A DNA stretch of 64,000 nt, taken from assembly GCA_002683345.1 (NCBI GenBank), contig NYSX01000012.1, forward strand, positions 18,057 through 82,056, given 5' to 3'. The notes under the pieces are model-generated. The model did no database searches and was not told the DNA's origin. It saw only the letters and a list, made by a program, of their open reading frames with translations. Source of the DNA: Flavobacteriales bacterium (GTDB lineage: Bacteria; Bacteroidota; Bacteroidia; Flavobacteriales_D; Sanyastnellaceae). Below, in pieces: positions 53,527 to 63,007 of the stretch (within the stretch, counting starts at the first letter, position 1; each line of letters starts with the position of its first letter). A program made the translations under genes and the position numbers.

Positions 53527-55437
53527 ATGAGTAAAATCATTGGCATCGACCTCGGGACCACCAACAGCTGCGTCGCAGTGATGGAAGGAAACGAACCCGT
53601 GGTCATCAACAACAGCGAAGGCAAGCGCACCACTCCTTCTGTGGTGGCCTTCATCGACGGTGGCGAACGCAAAGTGGGTGAACCCGCAAAGCGTCAGGCC
53701 ATCACCAACCCCACGAAGACGATCTCCAGCATCAAGCGCTTCATGGGATCGAGCTTCAGCGAAGTGGAGAAAGAAGCAGGCCGCGTGGCGTACAACGTGG
53801 TGAAGGGCGACAACAACACACCCCGAGTTCAAATCGACGACCGCCAGTACACCCCTCAGGAGATTTCAGCCATGACGCTTCAGAAGATGAAGCGCACGGC
53901 GGAGGAGTACCTCGGCCAAGAAGTCACCGGCGCGGTCATCACCGTTCCCGCGTACTTCAACGACAGCCAGCGTCAAGCCACCAAGGAAGCCGGAGAAATT
54001 GCCGGCCTCGAGGTGAAGCGCATCATCAACGAGCCGACTGCCGCAGCCTTGGCTTACGGCCTCGACAAAAAGGCGACCGATCAGAAAATTGTGGTGTTCG
54101 ACTTGGGTGGTGGCACGCACGACGTGAGCATCCTCGAACTTGGCGACGGTGTCTTCGAAGTGCTGTCCACCGACGGCGACACGCACTTGGGCGGGGACGA
54201 CTTCGACCAGGCCATCATCGAGTGGCTCGTGGACGAGTTCAAGAGCGAAAACAGCGGACTCGACCTCAGCAAGGACCCCATGGCCCTTCAGCGCCTCAAA
54301 GAAGCTGCCGAGAAGTCGAAGATTGAACTCTCCAGCACCACCAGCTCTGAAATCAACCTCCCCTACATCATGCCTGTGGACGGCGTGCCCAAGCACTTGG
54401 TGCGCAGCCTGACCCGTGCGAAGTTTGAGCAGTTGGTCGACAGCCTCGTGAAGCGCTCCATCGAGCCTTGCATGAGCGCCTTGAAGGCCGCCGGCCTCGA
54501 CAAGGGCGACATCGACGAAGTCATCCTCGTGGGTGGCTCCACGCGCATCCCTGCTGTGCAGGATGCGGTGAAAGCCTACTTCGGCAAGGAGCCTTCCAAA
54601 GGCGTGAACCCTGACGAGGTGGTGGCCGTGGGTGCCGCCATCCAAGGCGGTGTCTTGACAGGCGATGTCAAGGACGTCCTCCTCTTGGATGTGACGCCTT
54701 TGTCCCTCGGCATTGAAACGATGGGCGGCGTGTTCACCAAGCTCATCGACGCCAACACGACGATTCCCACCAAGAAGTCGGAAACGTTCTCGACAGCCAG
54801 CGACAACCAGCCCAGCGTGGAAATCCACGTTTTGCAAGGTGAGCGCGCCATGGCTGCGGACAACAAGACCATCGGTCGCTTCCACTTGGCGGACATCCCA
54901 CCCGCACCTCGCGGCGTACCTCAAATTGAGGTGACGTTCGACATTGACGCCAACGGCATCATCAATGTGGGCGCCAAGGACAAGGCCACCGGCAAAGAGC
55001 AGAGCATCAAGATCGAGGCGTCCAGCGGACTCAGCGAGGAAGAAATCGCACGCATGAAGGCGGACGCAGAAGCCAACGCCGATTCGGATGCCCAAGCCAA
55101 GGAGCGCGTCGACGTGTTGAACCAGGCCGACGGTTTGGTCTTCCAAACAGAGAAGCAGCTCAAGGAATTTGGTGACAAGATTCCCGCAGACAAGATGGCG
55201 CCCATCAACGAGGCCCTCGAGAACCTCAAGAAGGCGCACGGTGCGCAAGACGTGGACGGATGCAAATCCGGCATCGAAGCGCTGAACACCGCCTTCCAGG
55301 CCGCGAGCCAAGAGATGTATGCTGCCCAACAAGCTGCAGGTGGTGCTGACGCAAGCGCCGCTGGAGATGCGGGTGCATCTGCGGACGGAGATGCCGAAGT
55401 CACCGATGTGGATTTTGAAGAAGTGAAGGAGGGATAA
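53527..55437 (+). CDS. dnaK: molecular chaperone DnaK (Hsp70)
   Basis: [40 protein letters not shown] and a C-terminal acidic tail. Confidence 0.97.
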   Translation: MSKIIGIDLGTTNSCVAVMEGNEPVVINNSEGKRTTPSVVAFIDGGERKVGEPAKRQAITNPTKTISSIKRFMGSSFSEVEKEAGRVAYNVVKGDNNTPRVQIDDRQYTPQEISAMTLQKMKRTAEEYLGQEVTGAVITVPAYFNDSQRQATKEAGEIAGLEVKRIINEPTAAALAYGLDKKATDQKIVVFDLGGGTHDVSILELGDGVFEVLSTDGDTHLGGDDFDQAIIEWLVDEFKSENSGLDLSKDPMALQRLKEAAEKSKIELSSTTSSEINLPYIMPVDGVPKHLVRSLTRAKFEQLVDSLVKRSIEPCMSALKAAGLDKGDIDEVILVGGSTRIPAVQDAVKAYFGKEPSKGVNPDEVVAVGAAIQGGVLTGDVKDVLLLDVTPLSLGIETMGGVFTKLIDANTTIPTKKSETFSTASDNQPSVEIHVLQGERAMAADNKTIGRFHLADIPPAPRGVPQIEVTFDIDANGIINVGAKDKATGKEQSIKIEASSGLSEEEIARMKADAEANADSDAQAKERVDVLNQADGLVFQTEKQLKEFGDKIPADKMAPINEALENLKKAHGAQDVDGCKSGIEALNTAFQAASQEMYAAQQAAGGADASAAGDAGASADGDAEVTDVDFEEVKEG

Positions 55438-55460
55438 CCCCCTCAGATGTGAACAGAAAA

Positions 55461-55488
55461 GGCCTCGCCATGTGCGGGGCCTTTTTTT
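55461..55488 (+). terminator. intrinsic terminator after dnaK
   Basis: GGCCTCGCcatgtGCGGGGCC has an 8-bp stem with one G-U pair. It is followed by TTTTTTT and lies 24 nt after the dnaK stop. Confidence 0.75.
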
Positions 55489-55524
55489 GTGTCCGTGGTG
55501 AACTGCATGACCTGACGCGTGTTC

Positions 55525-55532
55525 CACCTTTG
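55525..55532 (+). promoter_or_regulatory. -7-like box CACCTTTG, 4 nt upstream of the MMPL ATG
   Basis: ttcCACCTTTGcaccATGagc. Confidence 0.35.
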
Positions 55533-55536
55533 CACC

Positions 55537-57813
55537 ATGAGCGACCCAAACCTCGACCGACTCCCTCCTGCTTGGCGGCGCAACGCTTGGGCCGTGCTCG
55601 CGCTTCTTGTTGCCACCTCAGGTTGGATGGCCTGGCAGGCACTTGGCTTGGAATTCAATTACGACTTCGAGCAGTTCTTTCCGGCAGATCATCCGGAAAC
55701 CACGTTTTATCGGGAATTCAGGGAGACGTTTGGAAGCGACAACGACTTTCTCATCGTGGGGTTCGAAGGGGACAGCCTGACCGCCGGGTTTTTGGCGGAG
55801 GTCGATGCTGAAGTCGATGCCCTACGAGCCCTTCCAGGCGTCGAAACGGTGCAGTCCCCCACCCGTCTCAAACTTCCTGTGCGCGACCCGCTGAGCGGCA
55901 TGGCTTTTCAGCGGCCCTTGCTCTCGTGGGAAAACGACAGCACCCTGGCCAAAGACGTGGCACGTTTGCGTCAACGGGACGATGTGATGGGGACGTTTGT
56001 GAGTCCGAGCGGACGGGCCGTGGCACTCACCCTCGAGCACACTGATGGATTGAGCAAGGCCGGATGCGACAGTTTGGCGGCCGCCGTGGCTGCGTGGGAA
56101 AAGGACGTGCACGCCTCCAAAGCCTCCATCCGCGATGTTCACGTGTCGGGACGCGCCGTGGCCCAAGCCTACTACGTGGGCGTCATGGAGCGTGAGGTGG
56201 CGTGGTTCGTAAGCGTCGGCATTGGGTTGTTGGTGGCGTTTTTGTGGTTTGCCTTCCGCACCGTGTGGGGCGTGATGGTGCCTCTGACCGTGGTCTTGAT
56301 GAGTGGCCTTTGGACCCTGGGAATCATGGTGGCGACAGGCAAAGCCGTGGATGTTATGACCGTCGTGCTGCCCACCATCTTGTTCGTCGTGGGCATCTCA
56401 GACGTGGTGCACGTCTTGACGAGGTATTACGACGAGCGACGGGCCGATGCGACGCACCAAATGGCCATGCAACGCGCATTCCGGGAGGTGGGGCTCGCCA
56501 CCTTCTTGACCTCGTTGACAACGGCCTTGGGCTTTTTGACCTTGCTTACCAGTTCCATTGGCCCGGTTCACGATTTTGGCGTGTACGCGGCTGTGGGGGT
56601 TGGCGTGGCTTACGTGCTTGCCTTTACCCTGCTCCCCAGCGTCATGGTCTTGGCGCCACCGCCCGTCATCTCCAAAAGTGGCACAGGGGTGTTCTGGAAC
56701 GGCGCCCTGCACAAGGCTTTGCGATGGACCCTTCGCAACAAGGGGATGTTGGCTGTGGCTTGGGTGGGCATCGCAGGCGCTTCCGTGGTCTTGGGAAGCG
56801 CGTTGCGCGTGGACAACAAATTGATTGAAGACCTCCGGGACGACGACCCCTTCCGCAAACAATTTGTCTTCTTCGAGCGGGAATTTGCAGGCGTCCGTCC
56901 CTTTGAATTGGCCGTCACACTCCCTGACGCCGCGGACAGTCCTGCCTCGCTCCAAGCCTTGGATGCGCTGGAACAATACCTGAAGGCCGACTATGGGGTC
57001 GGAGCTCTGGTGGGCCCCGCAACGGCGGTTCGCATGGCGCACCGCGGTTACATGGGTGATCGGGAGGCGTACTACGCCATTCCAGAAGACAACCGCATCC
57101 TTGGCAAAGTCCTTCGTCTGATGAAGCGCTCGGGGCAGTGGAACATGCTTGTGGCAGAGGGCGGCCAGCGTGTGCGTGTGTTCGGCAAGGTGGAAGACAA
57201 TGGGTCACAGGCGATTCAGGTCAAAAACGAGAAACTCGACGCGTGGTGCGCCGAAAACATGCCGGCAGGAAGCGCGTGCAAAGTGACAGGAACGGCGCAT
57301 TTGGTCGACGTCAACAACGCGTCGCTGGCTTCGGACATGGTGGGCGGATTGGGACTGGCCTTGGTGGCCGTGGCCATCATTGCAGGTCTGCTTTTCCGGA
57401 GTGGCGCCATGGTCGTGCTCTGCCTCATCACCAACCTCCTCCCCTTGGCCATGATTGCGGCCGTGATGGTGCTGATGGACGTGGACTTGAAAGTGACCTC
57501 GGGCATCATCTTCACGGTGGCGTTTGGCATCGCCGTGGACGACACGATTCACTTCTTGAGCAAGTTGCGCCTTCAATTGAGCCAAGGTCGAACCCTTCCC
57601 GTCGCGGTCAAACGAAGTTTCCTGGCCACCGGCAAGGCCATCGTCGTCACAAGTCTCATTCTGTGTGGAGGATTCATGACGCTGACGTCCTCGTCCTTCC
57701 TGGGCACTTTCCACATTGGGTTTTTGATCAGCCTCACCTTGCTGTTTGCGGTGGTGGCCGACCTCACCTTCCTGCCTTGGATGGTCCTGCGTTGGTTTAA
57801 GGCGAAGGTTTGA
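55537..57813 (+). CDS. MMPL/RND-superfamily transporter (two SSD-like 6-TM bundles, HpnN-like)
   Basis: Trimmed to MSDPNLDRL. The layout is 1 TM, a periplasmic loop and 5 TM, repeated twice. It has the SSD-like motifs GISDVVHVL and GIAVDDTIHFL. Confidence 0.8.
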   Translation: MSDPNLDRLPPAWRRNAWAVLALLVATSGWMAWQALGLEFNYDFEQFFPADHPETTFYREFRETFGSDNDFLIVGFEGDSLTAGFLAEVDAEVDALRALPGVETVQSPTRLKLPVRDPLSGMAFQRPLLSWENDSTLAKDVARLRQRDDVMGTFVSPSGRAVALTLEHTDGLSKAGCDSLAAAVAAWEKDVHASKASIRDVHVSGRAVAQAYYVGVMEREVAWFVSVGIGLLVAFLWFAFRTVWGVMVPLTVVLMSGLWTLGIMVATGKAVDVMTVVLPTILFVVGISDVVHVLTRYYDERRADATHQMAMQRAFREVGLATFLTSLTTALGFLTLLTSSIGPVHDFGVYAAVGVGVAYVLAFTLLPSVMVLAPPPVISKSGTGVFWNGALHKALRWTLRNKGMLAVAWVGIAGASVVLGSALRVDNKLIEDLRDDDPFRKQFVFFEREFAGVRPFELAVTLPDAADSPASLQALDALEQYLKADYGVGALVGPATAVRMAHRGYMGDREAYYAIPEDNRILGKVLRLMKRSGQWNMLVAEGGQRVRVFGKVEDNGSQAIQVKNEKLDAWCAENMPAGSACKVTGTAHLVDVNNASLASDMVGGLGLALVAVAIIAGLLFRSGAMVVLCLITNLLPLAMIAAVMVLMDVDLKVTSGIIFTVAFGIAVDDTIHFLSKLRLQLSQGRTLPVAVKRSFLATGKAIVVTSLILCGGFMTLTSSSFLGTFHIGFLISLTLLFAVVADLTFLPWMVLRWFKAKV

Positions 57814-57826
57814 CGAACTTCCCGGC

Positions 57827-58822
57827 ATGGGACATTCTTCTCGCCGTGCCTTCCTGCAGAAACTGATTGCCACGGGCGGCACCTTGGGGCTCTCCCCATG
57901 GACCCTCCAGTCCATGCTCGCCCAAAAGCAGAGCCCTTCAGGACCTCGTTCTGTTGAGCCGGGCAGCGCCACCATGCTGTCCACGTGGAACCACGGCATG
58001 GAAGCGAATGCGGCCGGTTTCTTTGCCCTTCAACAAGGTGGAAACGCCATGGACATGATTGAGGCCGGCGCGCGCATTGTGGAGGCCGATGCCACAGGAT
58101 TGAGCGTGGGCATCGGAGGATTGCCTGACCGTGACGGGAACGTCACCCTCGATGCGTGCTGCATGGACCACACGGGCAACGCAGGTTCTGTCTGCTTTGT
58201 GCAGGGAGTGCTGCACCCCCTTTCCCTGGCACGCAAGGTCATGGAGGACACCCCTCACGTCATGTTGGCTGGCGCCGGAGCGGAACAATACGCCCGCGAA
58301 CTCGGCATCGACGAGGTGGAGCTGTTGACAGACACCTCGCGTCGGGCTTGGGAAGAATGGCGCAAGACATCCGATTACAAGCCCGTCATCAACATTGAAA
58401 ATCACGACACCATTGGATTGCTCGCCTTGGATGATCAGGGGCGCTTGGCGGGTGGGTGCACGACCAGTGGACTGGCTTACAAAATGCATGGGCGTGTTGG
58501 AGACAGCCCCATCCTCGGCGCCGGGTTGTTTGTGGATGCCGAAATCGGCGGCGCCACGGCCACGGGTTTGGGTGAAGCGGTGATGAAAACCGTGGGCTCG
58601 TTTTTGGTGGTGGAACTCATGCGCGGTGGTCGATCCCCGCAAGAAGCATGCGAAGAGGCGGTACACCGCATCATGGACCGCATGCCGACCGACGATTTGC
58701 AGGTGGGCTACTTGGCCCTGTCGCGGGAGGGTGAAATCGGTGGGCACGCGATTCATGGGGGCTTCAACTACGCCCACACGACTGCAGAGGCCGGACGCAT
58801 GATTGACGCATCTCACGGTTGA
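57827..58822 (+). CDS. Ntn-hydrolase glycosylasparaginase / isoaspartyl peptidase-L-asparaginase family, Tat signal
   Basis: Twin-arginine signal SSRRAFLQKLIATGG. The autoprocessing site is HDTIGLLALD (Thr nucleophile), and GRVGDSPILGAG is also present. Confidence 0.8.
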   Translation: MGHSSRRAFLQKLIATGGTLGLSPWTLQSMLAQKQSPSGPRSVEPGSATMLSTWNHGMEANAAGFFALQQGGNAMDMIEAGARIVEADATGLSVGIGGLPDRDGNVTLDACCMDHTGNAGSVCFVQGVLHPLSLARKVMEDTPHVMLAGAGAEQYARELGIDEVELLTDTSRRAWEEWRKTSDYKPVINIENHDTIGLLALDDQGRLAGGCTTSGLAYKMHGRVGDSPILGAGLFVDAEIGGATATGLGEAVMKTVGSFLVVELMRGGRSPQEACEEAVHRIMDRMPTDDLQVGYLALSREGEIGGHAIHGGFNYAHTTAEAGRMIDASHG

Positions 58823-58829
58823 TTTGGTG

Positions 58830-59687
58830 ATGCCCTCTTCCTCAACTTCACATTTTCTGTCCTGGTGGCGACTGACGCGCCCTTGGAACGTGTTGGCCAT
58901 GGGCATCATGGTGACGCTGGTTCTTCGTTGGCGGGACTTTCCATTGGGTGAGTTGTTGCACCTCGGCCGAATTGGATGGGTGCTCGTCCCCATGCTGGTG
59001 GGTGCCGCAGGAAATCTCATCAACGACTACTTCGACGTACGTGAAGACCGCATCAACAAACCGGAACGCGCGCTTGTCGGGCGCACCGTGAAGCGGCGGG
59101 TTGTGGTCGGGACCCATTGGGGATTCACCGCAGCCGCACTTGTTTGGAGCGCCTGGCTTTCTTCTGCAACGGAATCCTTGTGGCCCCTGCTTTTGGCCGC
59201 TGTGTTTTCCGTGGTGCTTTACCTCTATTCGCCCGTCTTGAAAGGCCGCGGGCCATGGGGCAACATTTCAATTTCCCTCTGCGTGGCAGGCCTTGTGGCT
59301 TGGGGAGGGTTGGCTGCAGGATTCGGGATGTCACCTGACCAGGCGCGTTCCTTGTGGGTTCTTGCAGGCATCTTGGGTTGGCTCAACTTTCTCCGTGAAT
59401 GGGTGAAAGACATCCAAGACCTCGAAGGCGATCGCGCGGCCCATCACCACACCATGGCCATGCGCTTGACGGCCATTCAAAATCGCATGGGCCTCTCCGC
59501 AGGGTGCTTGTTGGGCTTAGGGTTGGTGCTGGCTTGGTTGATCATGCTCGGCTCGCCGTCATGGCTTTTGGGACTTCATGGCGCGTTGGGTGTGACCTGT
59601 CTGTGGTGTGCATGGCGCGGCAATGCACGCAGCCTCTCCGCTTGGATGAAAGTTTGGATGGGCGGTCTTTTCGGAGGGTTGCTCTGA
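58830..59687 (+). CDS. UbiA-family prenyltransferase, digeranylgeranylglyceryl-phosphate synthase-like
   Basis: First Asp-rich motif NLINDYFDVREDRINKPER and second motif KDIQDLEGDRA. About 8 TM helices. Confidence 0.8.
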   Translation: MPSSSTSHFLSWWRLTRPWNVLAMGIMVTLVLRWRDFPLGELLHLGRIGWVLVPMLVGAAGNLINDYFDVREDRINKPERALVGRTVKRRVVVGTHWGFTAAALVWSAWLSSATESLWPLLLAAVFSVVLYLYSPVLKGRGPWGNISISLCVAGLVAWGGLAAGFGMSPDQARSLWVLAGILGWLNFLREWVKDIQDLEGDRAAHHHTMAMRLTAIQNRMGLSAGCLLGLGLVLAWLIMLGSPSWLLGLHGALGVTCLWCAWRGNARSLSAWMKVWMGGLFGGLL

Positions 59688-59781
59688 CGAGGAACCCACT
59701 CCCCGCCGCGCGCAAAGGTCTGCCACCGAATGTTAAGAGAAACCTTAACACCGGGTTCACAATGTCGCCTCAGCTCCCCAA

Positions 59782-59789
59782 GACCTTTG
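59782..59789 (+). promoter_or_regulatory. -7-like box GACCTTTG upstream of the large TonB-dependent receptor (15-nt spacer)
   Basis: aaGACCTTTGcacaaaacctggagcATGatc. Confidence 0.35.
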
Positions 59790-59804
59790 CACAAAACCTG
59801 GAGC

Positions 59805-62800
59805 ATGATCCGCTTTCTTTCTGTTTTGGCCTTGACGATTGTCACCTGCACGGCATGGGGACAAGGAGCCATCCGTGGCAAAATGACCGACGCCCAAACC
59901 GGTGAGACCCTCATCGGCGCCAACGTGGTGATCAAGGACCCCTACATGGGTGCCATGGCCGACCTCGATGGCAACTTCAGCCTGGAAGGCTTGGCGCCTG
60001 GTACCTATGAAGTGGTTGGAAGCTTCATTGGCTACACGCCCATCACAGAAACGGTGACCGTCGGCAACGAGGTGGTGCTCCTCGATTTCAACTTGTACAT
60101 CGAAACGTATGTCATCGAGCAAGCTGCGGAGGTTGTGGCCAAGGTGGACCGTTCACGCGATGTGTACATGGAGAACATCAAGAAGAAGAGTGCTGCCAGC
60201 ATGGACTTCATCTCGAGCCAGCAAATCAAGCAAGCCGGTGACAGCGATGCCGCGGGTGCCATCAAGCGCGTTCCCGGCGTGAGTACGGTGGGCAACTTCG
60301 TTTTTGTGCGAGGCCTGAGCGACCGATACATCAAGACCACGCTCAACGGCGCCGAGGTTCCTTCCATGAACCCCCGCCGCAACAGCATCGAGATGGACCT
60401 CTTCCCCACCAACCTGGTGGACAACCTGGTCATCATGAAGACCCAAACCGCGAACCTCCCGGGTGACTGGGCAGGTGCGTACATCAGCGTGGAGACCAAA
60501 GACTTTCCCGAGCAATTCCAGCTCAACTACAGCTCTACGGTGGGCGTGAACGATCAAACCACATTCCAACAAGTGCTCGGATCCAACCAAGGCAGCACCG
60601 ACTGGCTCGGCTTTGACGATGGAAGCCGTGCGCTGCCCAACGAAGTGGTTGGCTTGACGTCTGACGCATGGCCTTACCAACAGAACGCCAACTACTACGA
60701 CGCCTTGGTGTACCTCGGGTATGAAGATCAACTCGACCAACTCGGCATCAACCAGGGAGACATCGGATTTGGCCCAGGTCAAACCCCTCCCTTCCAAGTG
60801 TTGCCTCAACTCAACAACAACGGGGGTGAATTGGTGGACCTGAGTGGCGCCAACGGGTTGAGCAACCTCATCTCCGAAGGCATGGAGCCTTTGGGTGCGG
60901 AGAACAACGCGCAATTGACGCAGATTGGCCAAAGCTTTGGCAACACCTGGGAAGTTCACCGCCGCACGGCGCCCATCAATTGGAGCCACAGCCTGAGCAT
61001 GGGCAACCGCACCGCGCTGTTTGGCCGTCCGTTGGGCTACATCGTGGGGCTCCAGTGGGGCCAGAACTTCAACCACTACGAAAACGGCGAATACGGCCGT
61101 TACGCGGGTGGCAGCATCCAAGGAGACAGCCTTGGCCTCGATCGGTACTACGACGACTCACGCACCGATGCGACGTACAAGTGGAATGCCTTGCTCAACC
61201 TGTCATACAAGCTCAACGAGTTCAACAAGGTGAGCCTCATGGCCATGCCGAACATGACGGGCACGTCGTCCACGCGCTTGCAAGACGGCATCAACCCTCG
61301 TGACCACGACGACTTCCAGCGTCAAATCACCCACCGTTACGAAGGCCGTGAACTCAACATCTTCCAAGCACGCGGTGATCACTTCTTGCCTGCGTCGGAG
61401 ACCAAGATTCGTTGGAATGCATCTCACGCACAAGGCACGTTGAACACGCCAGACTTGCGTGTCTTCTTCAACAACTACCGTGTGGCCGATGGCGACACCA
61501 CTTACAGCATCAACCAGAGCTTCTACCCTTCTCCCACGCGCTATTTCCGCGTCTTGAACGAGAACCGCACGGACATCAAGATGCACGTGGAGCAGCCGAT
61601 GGATGTGTCGTGGGCTGAGGATGCCAAATTCTCTGCAGGTGCCAGCTTTGTGCGCACCACACGTGCCCACGAAGAGAACCAGTTTGGGTTTGAAAGCACC
61701 AACCAAAACCTGCTCAACACCGTCGGTGGCGACCTGAATGCCTACTTCTCGCAAGAGAATTTTGTGGTGAACCCTGAGAACGGCACGGACTATCTGAGCA
61801 CAGTCTTGCTCACTGACTTGGTAAACACCGACGACGCCCACATGAATGTGTTGGGTGGCTATGGCATGTTTGACATCCGCAAGAGCGAACGTCTCTCGGG
61901 CAACGTCGGCGTGCGTGTGGAAGCCGCGGACATGTACATCCGCAGCCGGAAAATTGACATGGTGGACGACCTCACCGAAGAACAAATTGAAAAACTTCAG
62001 GGTGGGTTGAACGAATTGGACTTCATGCCAAGCGTGAACCTCACCTATGCACTGGGCGAATTGGACGCCATCAAGTTGACCAACCTGCGTGTGGGCTACA
62101 GCCGTACCATTGCACGCCCTGTGTTCCGTGAGAAAGCGCCTTTCCGCTCCTTCAATTTTGAATGGCTCGAAACGCTCAAAGGCAACCCCGACCTCGGCGA
62201 AACGACCATCGACAACGTGGATTTGCGCTTGGAACGCTTCCCCAATCTTGGTGAGGTATTGAGCGCAAGTGTGTTCTACAAGCGCTTCACCGATCCCATC
62301 GAACAAACGAGTGTGTTGGCCGCCGTGAACACGGAGTACACCTGGTCCAACGTGCCTTACGCCAACGTGTGGGGATTAGAGTTTGAAGGCCGCAAGCAAC
62401 TCGGCAATGTCACGCCTGCTTTGGACAACTTCAGCCTGAGCGGCAACGTCACCTTGATCAAGTCTGAAGCCCGCATTTGGGACGAAGAATTGGCCATGAT
62501 TCGCGCCACAGACCCCAACCACCCCGACACACGCCCGTTGTTTGGACAGAGCCCCTACATCGTGAATGCCATGTTGAACTACCAGGGCGACAGTGCCAAG
62601 TTCAACGCCGCCGTGGCCTTCAACGTCCAGGGTGACAAGCTCTTCTTGGTCACAGAAGGTGGTGCGCCTGACATCTACCAGCGCCCCACCCCCCAGCTCG
62701 ACGTCAACTTTTCGCAGCGCTTGGGTGACAACTTCTCCGTCCGTTTCCGCGCTCGCAACTTGCTGAACCCTGTCAACCGCATGACCTACACCTTCCAAGG

Positions 62801-62870
62801 GGTGGATTACAACTGGTTGGCCAACACGCAAGGACGGACGTACTCCTTGAGCTTGTCTTACACGCTCTAA
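59805..62870 (+). CDS. large TonB-dependent receptor (CarboxypepD_reg + plug + ~22-strand barrel, ~1021 aa)
   Basis: Trimmed to MIRFLSVLALTIVTCTAWGQ. CarboxypepD_reg-like (GAIRGKMTDAQTGETLIGANVVI...GTYEVVGSFIGY), plug (VFVRGLSDRYIKTTLNG) and a long barrel. It is followed by a strong terminator. Confidence 0.9.
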   Translation: MIRFLSVLALTIVTCTAWGQGAIRGKMTDAQTGETLIGANVVIKDPYMGAMADLDGNFSLEGLAPGTYEVVGSFIGYTPITETVTVGNEVVLLDFNLYIETYVIEQAAEVVAKVDRSRDVYMENIKKKSAASMDFISSQQIKQAGDSDAAGAIKRVPGVSTVGNFVFVRGLSDRYIKTTLNGAEVPSMNPRRNSIEMDLFPTNLVDNLVIMKTQTANLPGDWAGAYISVETKDFPEQFQLNYSSTVGVNDQTTFQQVLGSNQGSTDWLGFDDGSRALPNEVVGLTSDAWPYQQNANYYDALVYLGYEDQLDQLGINQGDIGFGPGQTPPFQVLPQLNNNGGELVDLSGANGLSNLISEGMEPLGAENNAQLTQIGQSFGNTWEVHRRTAPINWSHSLSMGNRTALFGRPLGYIVGLQWGQNFNHYENGEYGRYAGGSIQGDSLGLDRYYDDSRTDATYKWNALLNLSYKLNEFNKVSLMAMPNMTGTSSTRLQDGINPRDHDDFQRQITHRYEGRELNIFQARGDHFLPASETKIRWNASHAQGTLNTPDLRVFFNNYRVADGDTTYSINQSFYPSPTRYFRVLNENRTDIKMHVEQPMDVSWAEDAKFSAGASFVRTTRAHEENQFGFESTNQNLLNTVGGDLNAYFSQENFVVNPENGTDYLSTVLLTDLVNTDDAHMNVLGGYGMFDIRKSERLSGNVGVRVEAADMYIRSRKIDMVDDLTEEQIEKLQGGLNELDFMPSVNLTYALGELDAIKLTNLRVGYSRTIARPVFREKAPFRSFNFEWLETLKGNPDLGETTIDNVDLRLERFPNLGEVLSASVFYKRFTDPIEQTSVLAAVNTEYTWSNVPYANVWGLEFEGRKQLGNVTPALDNFSLSGNVTLIKSEARIWDEELAMIRATDPNHPDTRPLFGQSPYIVNAMLNYQGDSAKFNAAVAFNVQGDKLFLVTEGGAPDIYQRPTPQLDVNFSQRLGDNFSVRFRARNLLNPVNRMTYTFQGVDYNWLANTQGRTYSLSLSYTL

Positions 62871-62895
62871 GACACGAGACTCCTCGACATTGTAA

Positions 62896-62925
62896 AGCCT
62901 CTCCTGCCCGGAGAGGCTTTTTTTT
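62896..62925 (+). terminator. intrinsic terminator after the large TonB-dependent receptor
   Basis: AGCCTCTCCtgcccGGAGAGGCT has a 9-bp perfect stem. It runs into a T stretch through 62925 that includes the last stem base. It starts 26 nt after the stop. Confidence 0.85.
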
Positions 62926-63007
62926 GACCCGCCCTTAACATTCTGGTAAATGCCCCTTGAACACGTGGTAGCAACTTTGCCTCGCAAAACATTTCACAAC
63001 CCATCCC

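Noticed and set aside
59688-59804. Possible cobalamin or other riboswitch upstream of the large TonB-dependent receptor (and of the BtuF-like gene at 52584).
   Set aside because: The intergenic regions are only 117 nt and 30 nt. Both are shorter than a cobalamin riboswitch, and I see no B12-box-like core. There is only a short GTTAAG-N6-CTTAAC repeat.
19-59804. N-terminal extensions of track ORFs starting at 19, 4078, 12719, 14826, 21783, 24660, 25100, 28586 (minus-strand start), 32337, 34230, 39756, 42241, 43200, 49756, 49807 (minus-strand start), 55519, 57746, 58803 and 59730.
   Set aside because: In each case the extension overlaps the upstream gene or a promoter or terminator element, or has junk composition. 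An internal ATG or GTG gives a canonical N-terminus (signal peptide, Rossmann motif or conserved family start), often with ATGA/GTGA stop-start overlap or a -7 box just upstream.
5253-62306. Many other antisense ORFs of 200-580 aa: 5253..6380, 9218..10747, 19700..20791, 21762..22826, 26439..27788, 38413..39714, 39915..41024, 41015..42331, 42016..43158, 43839..44834, 47753..49495, 49687..50718, 53866..55527, 57205..57999, 57938..59023, 60153..61121 and 61203..62306.
   Set aside because: Each lies opposite a gene with clear family motifs. Each has the R/H/G/V/A-rich composition typical of antisense frames in GC-rich DNA. None has a recognisable domain, signal peptide or promoter context.
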